In this document: in pieces, positions 29,785-38,315 of the stretch
Layout: every line of letters starts with the position of its first letter
Position numbering within the stretch: the first letter of the stretch is position 1
From: Trueperaceae bacterium
GTDB taxonomy: Bacteria > Deinococcota > Deinococci > Deinococcales > Trueperaceae
DNA: 64,000 nucleotides
Assembly (NCBI GenBank): GCA_965215565.1
Contig: CBDCDZ010000004.1
Span: 4,256,001-4,320,000, forward strand
Direction: 5' to 3'
Made by a program: the position numbers and the translations under genes
The notes under the pieces: model-generated
Database searches by the model: none
Seen by the model: only the letters and a program-made list of their open reading frames with translations
What the model was told of the DNA's origin: nothing

Positions 29785-31895
29785 GCGTTCAAGATACCCC
29801 TACACGCCAGCCTAAAGTTATTTTACTTGTCATTTCTGCAGTGGCGGTTGGTCTCTCCCTCTTCCAGCTCTACACCTCGGGCTTCGTCGCCCTCAACCTC
29901 TTCTATCAGCGCGGCATCCACTTGGCGCTTATTTTAGTGTTGGCATTCTTGCTCTTCCCGGTTTTCGGCAAGGAGCGCAAGCGCGGCATTTTGGGCTGGC
30001 TCATTGACGGCGTATTTATCCTCGGAAGTGCCTACTCGGGCTTCTATCTCGTTTACTATCTGGACGATATCATCAACCGGGCGGGCTTCTGGACGCAGAC
30101 CGATATCATCGTCGGGGTGGTTGCGGTGGTCACGCTTTTAGAGGCGAGCCGCCGCGTCATCGGGCTTTTTATTACGGTTATCGGGCTTATTTTCATCCTC
30201 TACGCGATGGCGGGACCGAGGGGGACGGTTCCCTTTTTAGGTAACTTTTTACCCGGCATTCTGGAGCATAGAGGCTACCGTGTAGACCGCATCGTCGCGC
30301 AACTCTATCTAGGTCAAGAGGGCATCTACGGCGTGCCGCTGGGCGTCGCGGCGACGTTCGTCTTTATCTTCGTGCTCTTCGGTGCGTTTTTGGAGGTCAC
30401 GGGCGGCGGCAAGTTCTTTATCGACTTGGCGTACGCGGCGGCGGGGCGGCAGCGCGGCGGACCGGCGAAGGCGGCGGTGGTGGCGTCGGCGTTCATGGGC
30501 TCGATTTCGGGCAGCGCCATCGCGAACGTCGTGACGAGCGGTTCGTTCACCATTCCTCTCATGAAGCAGCTCGGTTATAAACCCGAGCAAGCCGGTGGCG
30601 TGGAGGCGGCGGCGAGTACGGGCGGGCAGATCATGCCGCCCATCATGGGTGCGGGTGCGTTTCTGATTGCCGAGTATACGGGTTTGCCCTACCTCGACAT
30701 CGTCAAGCTGAGCATTTTACCCGCGATTCTCTACTTCACAACGGTCTACCTCTTCGTGGACATCATTGCGGCGAAGCGGGGGATGAAAGGCATCAAGGAC
30801 GAGAACCTGCCGAGCGTGCGCAGCGTCTTCAAAGAGGGCTGGCACTTCCTTATTCCACTCGCGGCGCTCATCTACTTCCTCTTTCTGAACATCTCACCGA
30901 GCTTGGTGGGCTTTATCGCCATCGTCGCCATTGTTGTAGTGTCGGTGGCGCGGGCGTTGGTGCGCTACTTCTATACCCAGCCGTCGGGTGAACAAGAAGA
31001 GGTTGAGGGGATGGGGCTGCTCGAGCGCCAAACCTCTAACGAAATCGGCGACGCCCTCATTCGAAGAGGGGAGCGTTTAGAAGAGGGTGAAGAGGCGGCG
31101 TCGGGTTCCTCCAAGTCGATGCTGAGTCAGCTCCTAATTGGGTTGGGCAAGTTCTTCGAGGCGATGGAAGTCGGCGCGAGAAACGCCGTGCCCGTCAGCG
31201 TCGCGTGCGCGATTGCGGGCGTCGTGGTTGGCGTGATCGGCTTGACCGGGCTCGGGCTCAAATTTTCCTCCCTGATGCTCTCGTTTTCGAACGGCAACCT
31301 CTTGTTGGCGCTCCTCTTGCTCGCTATCGCTTCGCTCGTCCTCGGTTTAGGCTTGCCCGTCACCGCAAGCTACATCGTCTTAGCGGTGCTCGCCGCGCCC
31401 GCTTTGCAAAACGAATTCGGCGTGCCGCTCATCATCGCGCACTTGGTCATCTTCTGGTACTCGCAAGACTCGAACGTGACGCCACCTGTCGCGCTCGCTG
31501 CGTTTGCGGCGGCAGGTATTGCCAACAGCGACCCGATGAAGACGGGCGTCGAGGCGTGGAAGTTCGCGAAGGGGCTCTACCTCATCCCGCTCTTCATGGT
31601 CTTTAACCCGGAGATTGTTACAGGCGGTCCGGTTCTCGTCGTCGCGTGGAACGTCATCACGGCGTTCGCGGCACTCGGGGCGTTTGCGGCGGCGCTAGAA
31701 GGCTACATGTTCACGAAGATGTATCTGGTCTCGAGGCTCCTCGTTACGGCGGGTTTAGTCGGTATCTTCTGGCCGAACTTGCTTTATGAAGCCATCGGTT
31801 TCGGGCTGATTCTCGTGGTTTTGGCGATTAACTTTTTTAAGATGCGTCAGGAGGAAGGGGTGCAGGGCGAGGCGCAGGCGGCGAGTTCGGACTAA
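29781..31895 (+). CDS. TRAP transporter fused 4TM/12TM permease
   Basis: GGPAKAAV, SGSAIANV, ASTGGQIMPPIMGA, TPPVALAA. Confidence 0.95.
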   Translation: MSVQDTPTRQPKVILLVISAVAVGLSLFQLYTSGFVALNLFYQRGIHLALILVLAFLLFPVFGKERKRGILGWLIDGVFILGSAYSGFYLVYYLDDIINRAGFWTQTDIIVGVVAVVTLLEASRRVIGLFITVIGLIFILYAMAGPRGTVPFLGNFLPGILEHRGYRVDRIVAQLYLGQEGIYGVPLGVAATFVFIFVLFGAFLEVTGGGKFFIDLAYAAAGRQRGGPAKAAVVASAFMGSISGSAIANVVTSGSFTIPLMKQLGYKPEQAGGVEAAASTGGQIMPPIMGAGAFLIAEYTGLPYLDIVKLSILPAILYFTTVYLFVDIIAAKRGMKGIKDENLPSVRSVFKEGWHFLIPLAALIYFLFLNISPSLVGFIAIVAIVVVSVARALVRYFYTQPSGEQEEVEGMGLLERQTSNEIGDALIRRGERLEEGEEAASGSSKSMLSQLLIGLGKFFEAMEVGARNAVPVSVACAIAGVVVGVIGLTGLGLKFSSLMLSFSNGNLLLALLLLAIASLVLGLGLPVTASYIVLAVLAAPALQNEFGVPLIIAHLVIFWYSQDSNVTPPVALAAFAAAGIANSDPMKTGVEAWKFAKGLYLIPLFMVFNPEIVTGGPVLVVAWNVITAFAALGAFAAALEGYMFTKMYLVSRLLVTAGLVGIFWPNLLYEAIGFGLILVVLAINFFKMRQEEGVQGEAQAASSD

Positions 31896-32282
31896 TTACC
31901 TCTTCTGCAATGCCCGCAACCGCGCCGTAGCCTCTTCAGCCGTGATCTCGCCCTTCTCCAAGAGCCCAATCACATTAGCCCGTTCGCCCCTAACCTCTTC
32001 CGCCGCCTCGTAACCCAACGCTTTGAGCATTGCGTCAAATCTCAGGCGCACGGTGGGGTAGGAGAGCCCCAAAATCCGCTCAACTTCTTTGAGGTTGCCG
32101 CGCACCTTGACGAAGAGGCGTAAGAACTCTAGGGGTTCGTTCGACAGGAGGGCGAACTCGTTCGGTGCAAAACGTCCTTCGATGGTGACGCCGCTCTCGG
32201 GGCACTCGAGCCGCGTCACCTCCAGAGGCTCCCCTGTGACGGGACAGTGGGTGGGCATCGGCAGTTTTTTCGTATCGCTCAT
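31896..32282 (-). CDS. DUF2089 family protein (Zn-ribbon/HTH plus SHOCT-like tail)
   Basis: CPV..E.L.V.RL.CP, GNLKEVER.LG.SYPTVR, GEITAEEA. Confidence 0.9.
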   Translation of the reverse strand: MSDTKKLPMPTHCPVTGEPLEVTRLECPESGVTIEGRFAPNEFALLSNEPLEFLRLFVKVRGNLKEVERILGLSYPTVRLRFDAMLKALGYEAAEEVRGERANVIGLLEKGEITAEEATARLRALQKR

Positions 32283-32289
32283 GTCACCA

Positions 32290-32658
32290 CTACACCATAT
32301 CGAGGACGATGCGGACCGGATAGCCTTGCTCGTTCGTTTCCAAGTCGAGGAGGCGTCCTTCGCTCGAGCCGTTCAGCGACGCGAGCAGCTCGTTCAGGTC
32401 AACCCCTTGCCCTTGCAGCGTCATCTGACCCTCTTTCGGAATGAACCGCGCGGCGAACTTGGCTAGACCGAGTGGCACGTTCACGCGCACTTTTGGTTCG
32501 CCGTCCGCGTCTACGGCGATGTGGAGCGACTTCGCGATACCTTTAGGTTTCGCCTCGGCGCGCGTTTCCGCCCGTAGAGCGCTCAGGAGCCCGTCGGCTT
32601 CGTCTACGCTGATTTGCCCGGCAGCGAGCATCTCCAAAATGCGGCGCTGCTCGTTCAC
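32290..32658 (-). CDS. SHOCT-like domain protein
   Basis: RILEMLAAGQISVDEA..LL.AL, VRVNVPL. Confidence 0.8.
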   Translation of the reverse strand: MNEQRRILEMLAAGQISVDEADGLLSALRAETRAEAKPKGIAKSLHIAVDADGEPKVRVNVPLGLAKFAARFIPKEGQMTLQGQGVDLNELLASLNGSSEGRLLDLETNEQGYPVRIVLDMV

Positions 32659-33533
32659 GCTTTCACGCTCACGTCGCCCGCCATGAGGTCAACCTCGAGC
32701 CTCGCCGCCCCCGCCCCCACCGTGCCCTCGAAACGCCCGCCGGTCATGCTCTCCTGGCGGGTGAACGGTTCCTCGACGTGGAGCGAGCCCGCGCTTATGG
32801 TTCCCTTTGCGGTGACGCTCGAGCCCGCCAACAGCACGATGTCCACGTCGCCTGCCTTCGCTTTGAGGCGGTGCTCTCCCGCTGTGAGGCGCAGGCTCAC
32901 GTCCACGTCGCCTGCTTGCAGCACTAGGTCCACGCCGCCGATGTCTTGCGCGTCCACGTCGCCCGCTAAGAGCTTCCCTTTGAGGTAGGGAACGTCCTCA
33001 ACGTCAATATCGCCCGCCTTGCTCTGCACCTCTAAGCCATACCCGGCTGGGATACGTACCCGCAAGTCGCCCGCCTTGACCCAATTCAAGAGGTTATCTA
33101 GGATGCTCTCGCCCTCCTTCTGACGTGGGCGCTGCCTGATTTCGAAGTCGTCGCCGCGCCGCGTCAGCTCCGCCTTGCCCTCGAAGGCGGGCTCGCTCAG
33201 GGAGGTATCGATGTGTACGTCCAAGTCCCCCGCCAGCATCGAAACCGTAACCCAGCGCGTGACTTCTTGGGTGGATGAGGTTGATGGGGCTTTGAAGGGG
33301 GGTTCTGCACCGGGTGGTGGCGTGCTCGCTATAGGTTCGGCGTTAGACAAAGAGGTAGGCGGATGAGGCGGCGTAATCGGTTTTGACACATTTACGCGCT
33401 CGTCCTCTTCTCGCTCGGTGTTCCCTTCGGTATTTTGTTCAGGGTCTTGGAGCGCCTCGAGCAGCAGCGCCGCTTCCTGCTGGCTAATTTTCCCTTCCTC
33501 GACAAGTGCTTGAATACGGTCTTGTTCACTCAT
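32655..33533 (-). CDS. DUF4097-like beta-repeat protein with N-terminal SHOCT-like helix (YvlB/LiaX-like)
   Basis: Repeated AGD(V/I/L) units; N-terminal EEGKISQQEA. Confidence 0.75.
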   Translation of the reverse strand: MSEQDRIQALVEEGKISQQEAALLLEALQDPEQNTEGNTEREEDERVNVSKPITPPHPPTSLSNAEPIASTPPPGAEPPFKAPSTSSTQEVTRWVTVSMLAGDLDVHIDTSLSEPAFEGKAELTRRGDDFEIRQRPRQKEGESILDNLLNWVKAGDLRVRIPAGYGLEVQSKAGDIDVEDVPYLKGKLLAGDVDAQDIGGVDLVLQAGDVDVSLRLTAGEHRLKAKAGDVDIVLLAGSSVTAKGTISAGSLHVEEPFTRQESMTGGRFEGTVGAGAARLEVDLMAGDVSVKA

Positions 33534-33592
33534 CTTCGACTCCTTTAGCTGCAACTGAGAGTAAATTGAAAGATAAATTTGATAATCACTTT

Positions 33593-33643
33593 TATATTAC
33601 GTTCCTCGAGAAGTAATATAGAACTAAAAATTCATATTGTCAA
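33593..33643 (-). promoter_or_regulatory. Promoter of the DUF4097-SHOCT-DUF2089 operon with an overlapping inverted repeat
   Basis: TTGACA-17 nt-TATATT; IR TATATTAC...GTAATATA at 33593-33620. Confidence 0.6.
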
Positions 33644-33708
33644 GTTGAGGTTTATATTTGAATATCTGAACTTTGCTTTTCTGATGTTCTGTAAAGCTTT
33701 TTCTAAGC

Positions 33709-33738
33709 AAAAGAAAAGAGAGGTGATAACCTCTCTTA
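33709..33738 (-). terminator. Probable intrinsic terminator downstream of lpdA
   Basis: AAGAGAGGT/ACCTCTCTT stem followed by TTCTTTT on the minus strand. Confidence 0.6.
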
Positions 33739-33779
33739 TAAACGGTTGGGGCTTTTTGACTTCTTCGTATTTACGTTCT

Positions 33780-33896
33780 TATAGTACTTCCAAAATATAC
33801 TGAGATAGAATGCCGCAGGTATCATCTCATAACGTGCGCGCTAAACGCCGCTTTATATAGAGTGAGAGTGTCTCAAACCAGATGATACCTGCTATT
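33780..33896. mobile_element. Repeat family B, diverged copy 3
   Basis: TATAG...ACTGAG..GAAT..CGCA.GTATCAT..CTCA....GTGCG.GCTA...CTCAAACCA.ATGATAC.TGCTA, colinear with 10036-10150. Confidence 0.7.
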
Positions 33897-35383
33897 ACAT
33901 ATGAATAGGACGCTTCTCCACCGCTAACGCTGCTTCTTTGATGGTCTCGGCGAGCGTAGGGTGCGCGTGGCTGGTGCGGGCGATGTCTTCTGCCGATGCG
34001 CCGAACTCCATGGCCGCTACCGCTTCGGCGATCAGGTCGCCAGCGCGTACGCCGATGATGTGCACGCCCAGCACGCGGTCCGTCTCCGCGTCCGCTAAGA
34101 TTTTGACCTTGCCCTCGGGATGACCGAGCGCCTTAGCGCGTCCGTTGGCTTGATAGGGGAAGACGCCCTTTTTGAAGTCTACGCCTTCATCTTCGAGTTC
34201 CTCTTCGGTCTTGCCGACGGAAGCGATCTCTGGCTCGGTATAGGCAACCGCAGGAATCGCTTGATAGGGGAAGACGCCCGTCTACGCCTTCATCTTCGAG
34301 TTCCTCTTCGGTCTTGCCGACGGAAGCGATCTCTGGCTCGGTATAGGCAACCGCAGGAATCGCACCGTAGTTGACGTGTCCGTAGCCATTGGCGATGCCC
34401 TCCACGCAGGCGATACCCTCTTCCTCCGCCTTGTGCGCCAGCATCGGACCGCGAATCACGTCGCCGATGGCGTAGACGTTCTCTACGGAGGTTTTGAAGC
34501 TTTCGTCTACGGGGATGCGTCCCTTATCGTCTAGCTCGAGCCCAATGGACTCTAAGCCCAGCCCCTCCGTATTCGGCTTGCGCCCTACCGCCACGAGCAC
34601 GCGGTCGCAGGTGATGGGATCTGCGCCCTCGATCTCGACGGTGCAGGTGTCGCCCTCTGCTTTAGCGGAGGTGACTTTGCTCCCTAGGCGAAACTCTAAG
34701 CCCTGTTTCTTAAACTGCTTGAGCGCTTCCTTAGCGATTTCAGCGTCCATGCCGGGAAGGATGCGGTCCAAATACTCGACGACGGTGACGTTTGCGCCTA
34801 AACGCTTCCAGACGGAGCCGAGTTCTAAGCCGATGTAGCCCGCGCCGATGACGACGAGGTGCTCGGGAACTTCATGGTAGTCGATGGCTTGGCTGCTCGT
34901 GCCGATGCGGTCGCCGTCTAACTCGACGCCGGGCAAGGTGGCAATGGCGCTGCCTGTGGCGATGAGGATGCGCTGCGCTTGGAGTTCCTGTTCGCCCTCG
35001 TCGCTCTGCACCGTGACGTTGCCTTGACCCCTGATGCGTCCGAGTCCTTGATAATGCGTCACTTTATTCTTCTTGAAAAGCCCTGCTACACCCCCCGTAA
35101 GGCTTTTAACGACGTCATCTTTACGTTTGAGCATCGTACTTAAATCTAGCTCGACGCCGCTCACGTTGATGCCGTGATCTTGAAGACTTTTCTGCGCTTC
35201 ATAAAACTTCTCACTCGACTCCAAAAGTGCTTTGCTGGGGATACAGCCCACGCGCAAGCAGGTTCCGCCTAAGGCGTCATTCTTGTCGATACAAGCCACG
35301 TCGAAGCCGAGTTGGGCGGCGCGAATCGCGGCGACGTAACCGCCTGGTCCTGCGCCGATGATGATGAGGTCGTGTTTGGTCAT
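33895..35383 (-). pseudogene. lpdA: Dihydrolipoamide dehydrogenase frameshifted by a 103-nt tandem duplication (possibly an assembly artefact)
   Basis: GAGPGGY, GGTCLRVGCIPSK and C-terminal HAHPTLAE motifs. Removing 34261-34363 gives an intact 1386-nt ORF. Confidence 0.9.
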
Positions 35384-35590
35384 AGTCACAGCTTATCGCA
35401 GGGCGGCGCGAAGAGGTGACGCCCATGAGCCCATCCCCCTGTCGGCGCTTTAAGAGGCTCGAGTTGAGTGACGAGGGCTGAATAGAAGCGCCGAGGGAGG
35501 TCGGCGTTTGTCTTGGCGTGTTGCTTCTGCGCCAATAGAGAAGCAGGGAGTCTTAAAACTCCCTGCTTGGCAGACTGATTTTCCCCCTTC

Positions 35591-37600
35591 CTACCTACTT
35601 GCCAACTGCCCCCCGCCTTGTAACTTTTTAACGGTTTCACCTAAGAGCGAGGCGATGCTCTGCTTGCCTTCTAGGGCACCTAGGTCAGGGGCTTTGCCCT
35701 GGAAGGCGAGGTTGAGCTTGACGCCTGCGTCAATAGCTTTGGAGGAGGAGCTTAACTTCAAGAAGCTCTTGTTGGAGGGGCTGAGGCTGGTGAAGTCGGG
35801 GTTGTTGATGTTTAAGTCCCAGGAGTTGTGGCTGCTCTTGTCGTCGCGGCTCATGCCCTTGGTCTTCTTGTCCTGAAAGCTGAGGTTGTTCTTGAGGACG
35901 TTGGGGGCTTTGCCACTGCTCTTAGGAGCGTAAGCGATGAAGCCGTGGGCACCCGCTTTCCAGGAGGTGTTGTGGAGCATGGTGAGCCCGCCTCCACTGT
36001 TGCCGTCAAAGTTGTTGGCACGGTTTTTGTAGGCGACGTTGTAACGAACGATGTTCTGGCTGTTGTCGGTGCGGCGGCAACCCAACTTGAACCCGTTGCC
36101 GTCACCGGAATGCCCGGCCCCGTTGGAGTGCGCAACGCTGTACTCGACTAAAGACCTGCTGCCGCAGAAGACGTCGATGCCGTCGTCGGAGTTGTTGTAG
36201 GCTAAAAAGTTGCGCACGACGTGCTTGGTGCCCGCAGCGATCTTGATGCCGTCAGCGGATTCGCCCCCGTTCTGATAGCTGTTGTTGGAGTGCGAAACAC
36301 TGTCTTCAAAGGTGCCGTAGTCCCCTAGTAAGTAGATGCCGTCGCTGTGGTGGTTGTGCGATAAGACGTTGCGCACGCTGATGTGGTCACCCTTGAGGTA
36401 GAGCCCGCGCCCCGCTCCGTGGCGGAAGGTGAGGTTCTGGACCGTGTAGTAGTCGGCGGCGATTCTAAAAAGCGTGGGGTTGGAAACGCTCTTGTAGTTT
36501 TTCCAGTGGCGGGACTTGCCGTCGATGATGGCACGCTCGCCAGGATAGCTGGTGATGGTGATGGGCTTGTCTTTGCTGCCGTCGGTCTCAAAGGACTTGC
36601 TGAGGTAGCCCTTGTGCACGCCGCTGCGCAAGTAGACCGTGTCGCCCGGCTTGACGAGCTTCGCCGCTTGCCCGAGGGTCTGGAGGGGCTTCTTGGCACT
36701 CCGCCCGTCGTTCTTGTCAGAGCCCGTGGGCGAGACGTATAGAGCGGACTTCGCCGCGGCGACAGGCTGAGGCTCGGGGCTGGGTGCAGGGCTAGGTGCA
36801 GGGCTGGGCGTAGGGGCACTCGGACCAGCGCTGCTGGGGATGTACTCGACGTAGAGTTGTGGGGCGGCGCGCTTGTTGCCGCGGTAGGACTCGGCGACAC
36901 GCTTGTTGCGCTTGCTCTCGCTGCTGAAAAGCACGGCGAAGGCGTTGCCGCTCTGCCAGCCCCGGCGGTTGACCACCTCTTGCAGCAGGGGCGCAACGTT
37001 GGGCGTGAACTGCTTGCCGCCGCGCTCGCCCACCTTGCGCCAGTCCTGGGGCTGCCAGCGCACCTTGGCGGCGGTGGCTGGGCGCTTAGAGAGGTTGCGG
37101 GACTTCTCCTCAAAGCGCGCGGCGTTGTCGCTGTCGTCGGCGTACACCTTGAGCTTAAGCGCACCTCTGTCGATCTCGTCGGCGGTGAAGCGCACCTCGG
37201 CGCGGCGAATCTTGGCACCCTGGGGAATCTTGAGGTTGGTAAAGCGCACGCCCACGAGCTGCTGACCGCGCTTCACATCATAGGTGAGTTCTAAGTCGGT
37301 GCTAGAGGTCACGACTTTGCCCGAGGCGCGCTCTTCGGCGTCATCACGGTCAGAGGCGACGCGCATCTTGATGTACTTGACGCTGCCCTGCGCTTCTAGC
37401 TCGGGCGTCTCGACGCTGCTGCAAGCGCTGAACAAAAAGGCGCTCGCGGCTAAAAGACCTAAGCGGGTGTAGCGCTTGAGTCTGGCGGCGCGGGCAGACG
37501 TTGGGGTGTCGGCTTGGGTATTGGTTTGAGTATTGGTTGGGGTGAGAAGGGTGTTGACTACTTTGCTTGCTACTTTGGATGAACGGTTCACTGGTGACAT
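35591..37600 (-). CDS. Lipoprotein with right-handed beta-helix (PL9/DUF1565-like) domain
   Basis: FSAC lipobox, PSPAP linker, YVSPTGSD...GDTVYLR, NSDDG.D, GNGFKLG, APDLGA. Confidence 0.85.
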   Translation of the reverse strand: MSPVNRSSKVASKVVNTLLTPTNTQTNTQADTPTSARAARLKRYTRLGLLAASAFLFSACSSVETPELEAQGSVKYIKMRVASDRDDAEERASGKVVTSSTDLELTYDVKRGQQLVGVRFTNLKIPQGAKIRRAEVRFTADEIDRGALKLKVYADDSDNAARFEEKSRNLSKRPATAAKVRWQPQDWRKVGERGGKQFTPNVAPLLQEVVNRRGWQSGNAFAVLFSSESKRNKRVAESYRGNKRAAPQLYVEYIPSSAGPSAPTPSPAPSPAPSPEPQPVAAAKSALYVSPTGSDKNDGRSAKKPLQTLGQAAKLVKPGDTVYLRSGVHKGYLSKSFETDGSKDKPITITSYPGERAIIDGKSRHWKNYKSVSNPTLFRIAADYYTVQNLTFRHGAGRGLYLKGDHISVRNVLSHNHHSDGIYLLGDYGTFEDSVSHSNNSYQNGGESADGIKIAAGTKHVVRNFLAYNNSDDGIDVFCGSRSLVEYSVAHSNGAGHSGDGNGFKLGCRRTDNSQNIVRYNVAYKNRANNFDGNSGGGLTMLHNTSWKAGAHGFIAYAPKSSGKAPNVLKNNLSFQDKKTKGMSRDDKSSHNSWDLNINNPDFTSLSPSNKSFLKLSSSSKAIDAGVKLNLAFQGKAPDLGALEGKQSIASLLGETVKKLQGGGQLASR

Positions 37601-37708
37601 AGCTCTGCTCCCTGGAACCCCATGAGAAAGTGTAGTGGATACCAAGTCGTAGCAAAGAGCTACCCTCGGCCGGTTGCGCTACTAGCTCGACTTGTTCCAA
37701 GCGCCCAG

Positions 37709-37779
37709 AAGAGCCTTTAGCTGCAGGTAGCATCTGGTTAGAGATGCGTGCCTAGCAAGTCATTGCCTGCTAAAGGTTC
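37709..37779. repeat. Solo core module of the GTATCAT repeat superfamily
   Basis: AAGAGCCTTTAGCTGCAGGTAGCATCTGGTTAGAGA; 20/22 match to the reverse complement of 33871-33892. Confidence 0.65.
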
Positions 37780-38166
37780 ATAGAGAACAAGTGTCATCGC
37801 TTCCGAGGGGTGGGGTTCGTTCCCCTCAGTGATATATGTAGTTTAAGCCGAGCCAACCGCTCGGTCTGTAAGATTTCTGTAAGAACGTGAAGAGCAAGTG
37901 AAGGGTGTGTAAGAGGTAACAGAGGTGACAGAGGTGCGTGACTCGAGCCGCGTAAAAGTGTTTCCTTGGAACCATTCTAGGTAAGTAGAGGTGTAGAGAT
38001 AATCCAAACTGGAAAAGTTTGCAGTTCTCGCCTCGAGCGTAAAACTTCAGCAAAAGGGTTTAGGTTATTCAGACCGGAGCACTTACGGCTAGGACGCTGA
38101 AAAGGACCCAAGCCGAACGGAGCCCTAAGAATCTCGTTAAACGTCTTTGCAAGTTTTGGCTGAAGC

Positions 38167-38219
38167 GATAGCGTTTCCACGTTTTATTGCTACAGCAACA
38201 AAACGTGCGAGCGGGTGCG
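38167..38219. repeat. Hairpin repeat family C, copy 2
   Basis: ATAGCGTTTCCAC-[stem]-GTG.GAGCGG.TGCG, as in the reverse complement of copy 1. Confidence 0.7.
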
Positions 38220-38315
38220 TTCACGAAGTCGCCAGTGGGAGTGAAGTGACGCGCAAGCCTTGAAGAAATAGACGCGGGGCAGTTGGTGCAGCGAAGCGTG
38301 GAAGTGCTACGAGTA

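Noticed and set aside
34187..35389. 400-aa short LpdA variant with a novel C-terminus
   Set aside because: The tail results from the duplication-induced frameshift; the true C-terminus continues to 33895
37800..38160. Riboswitch upstream of the beta-helix lipoprotein
   Set aside because: Checked by eye for c-di-GMP, TPP, cobalamin and SAM consensus elements and found none; only a short AGAGGT(A/G)AC tandem repeat
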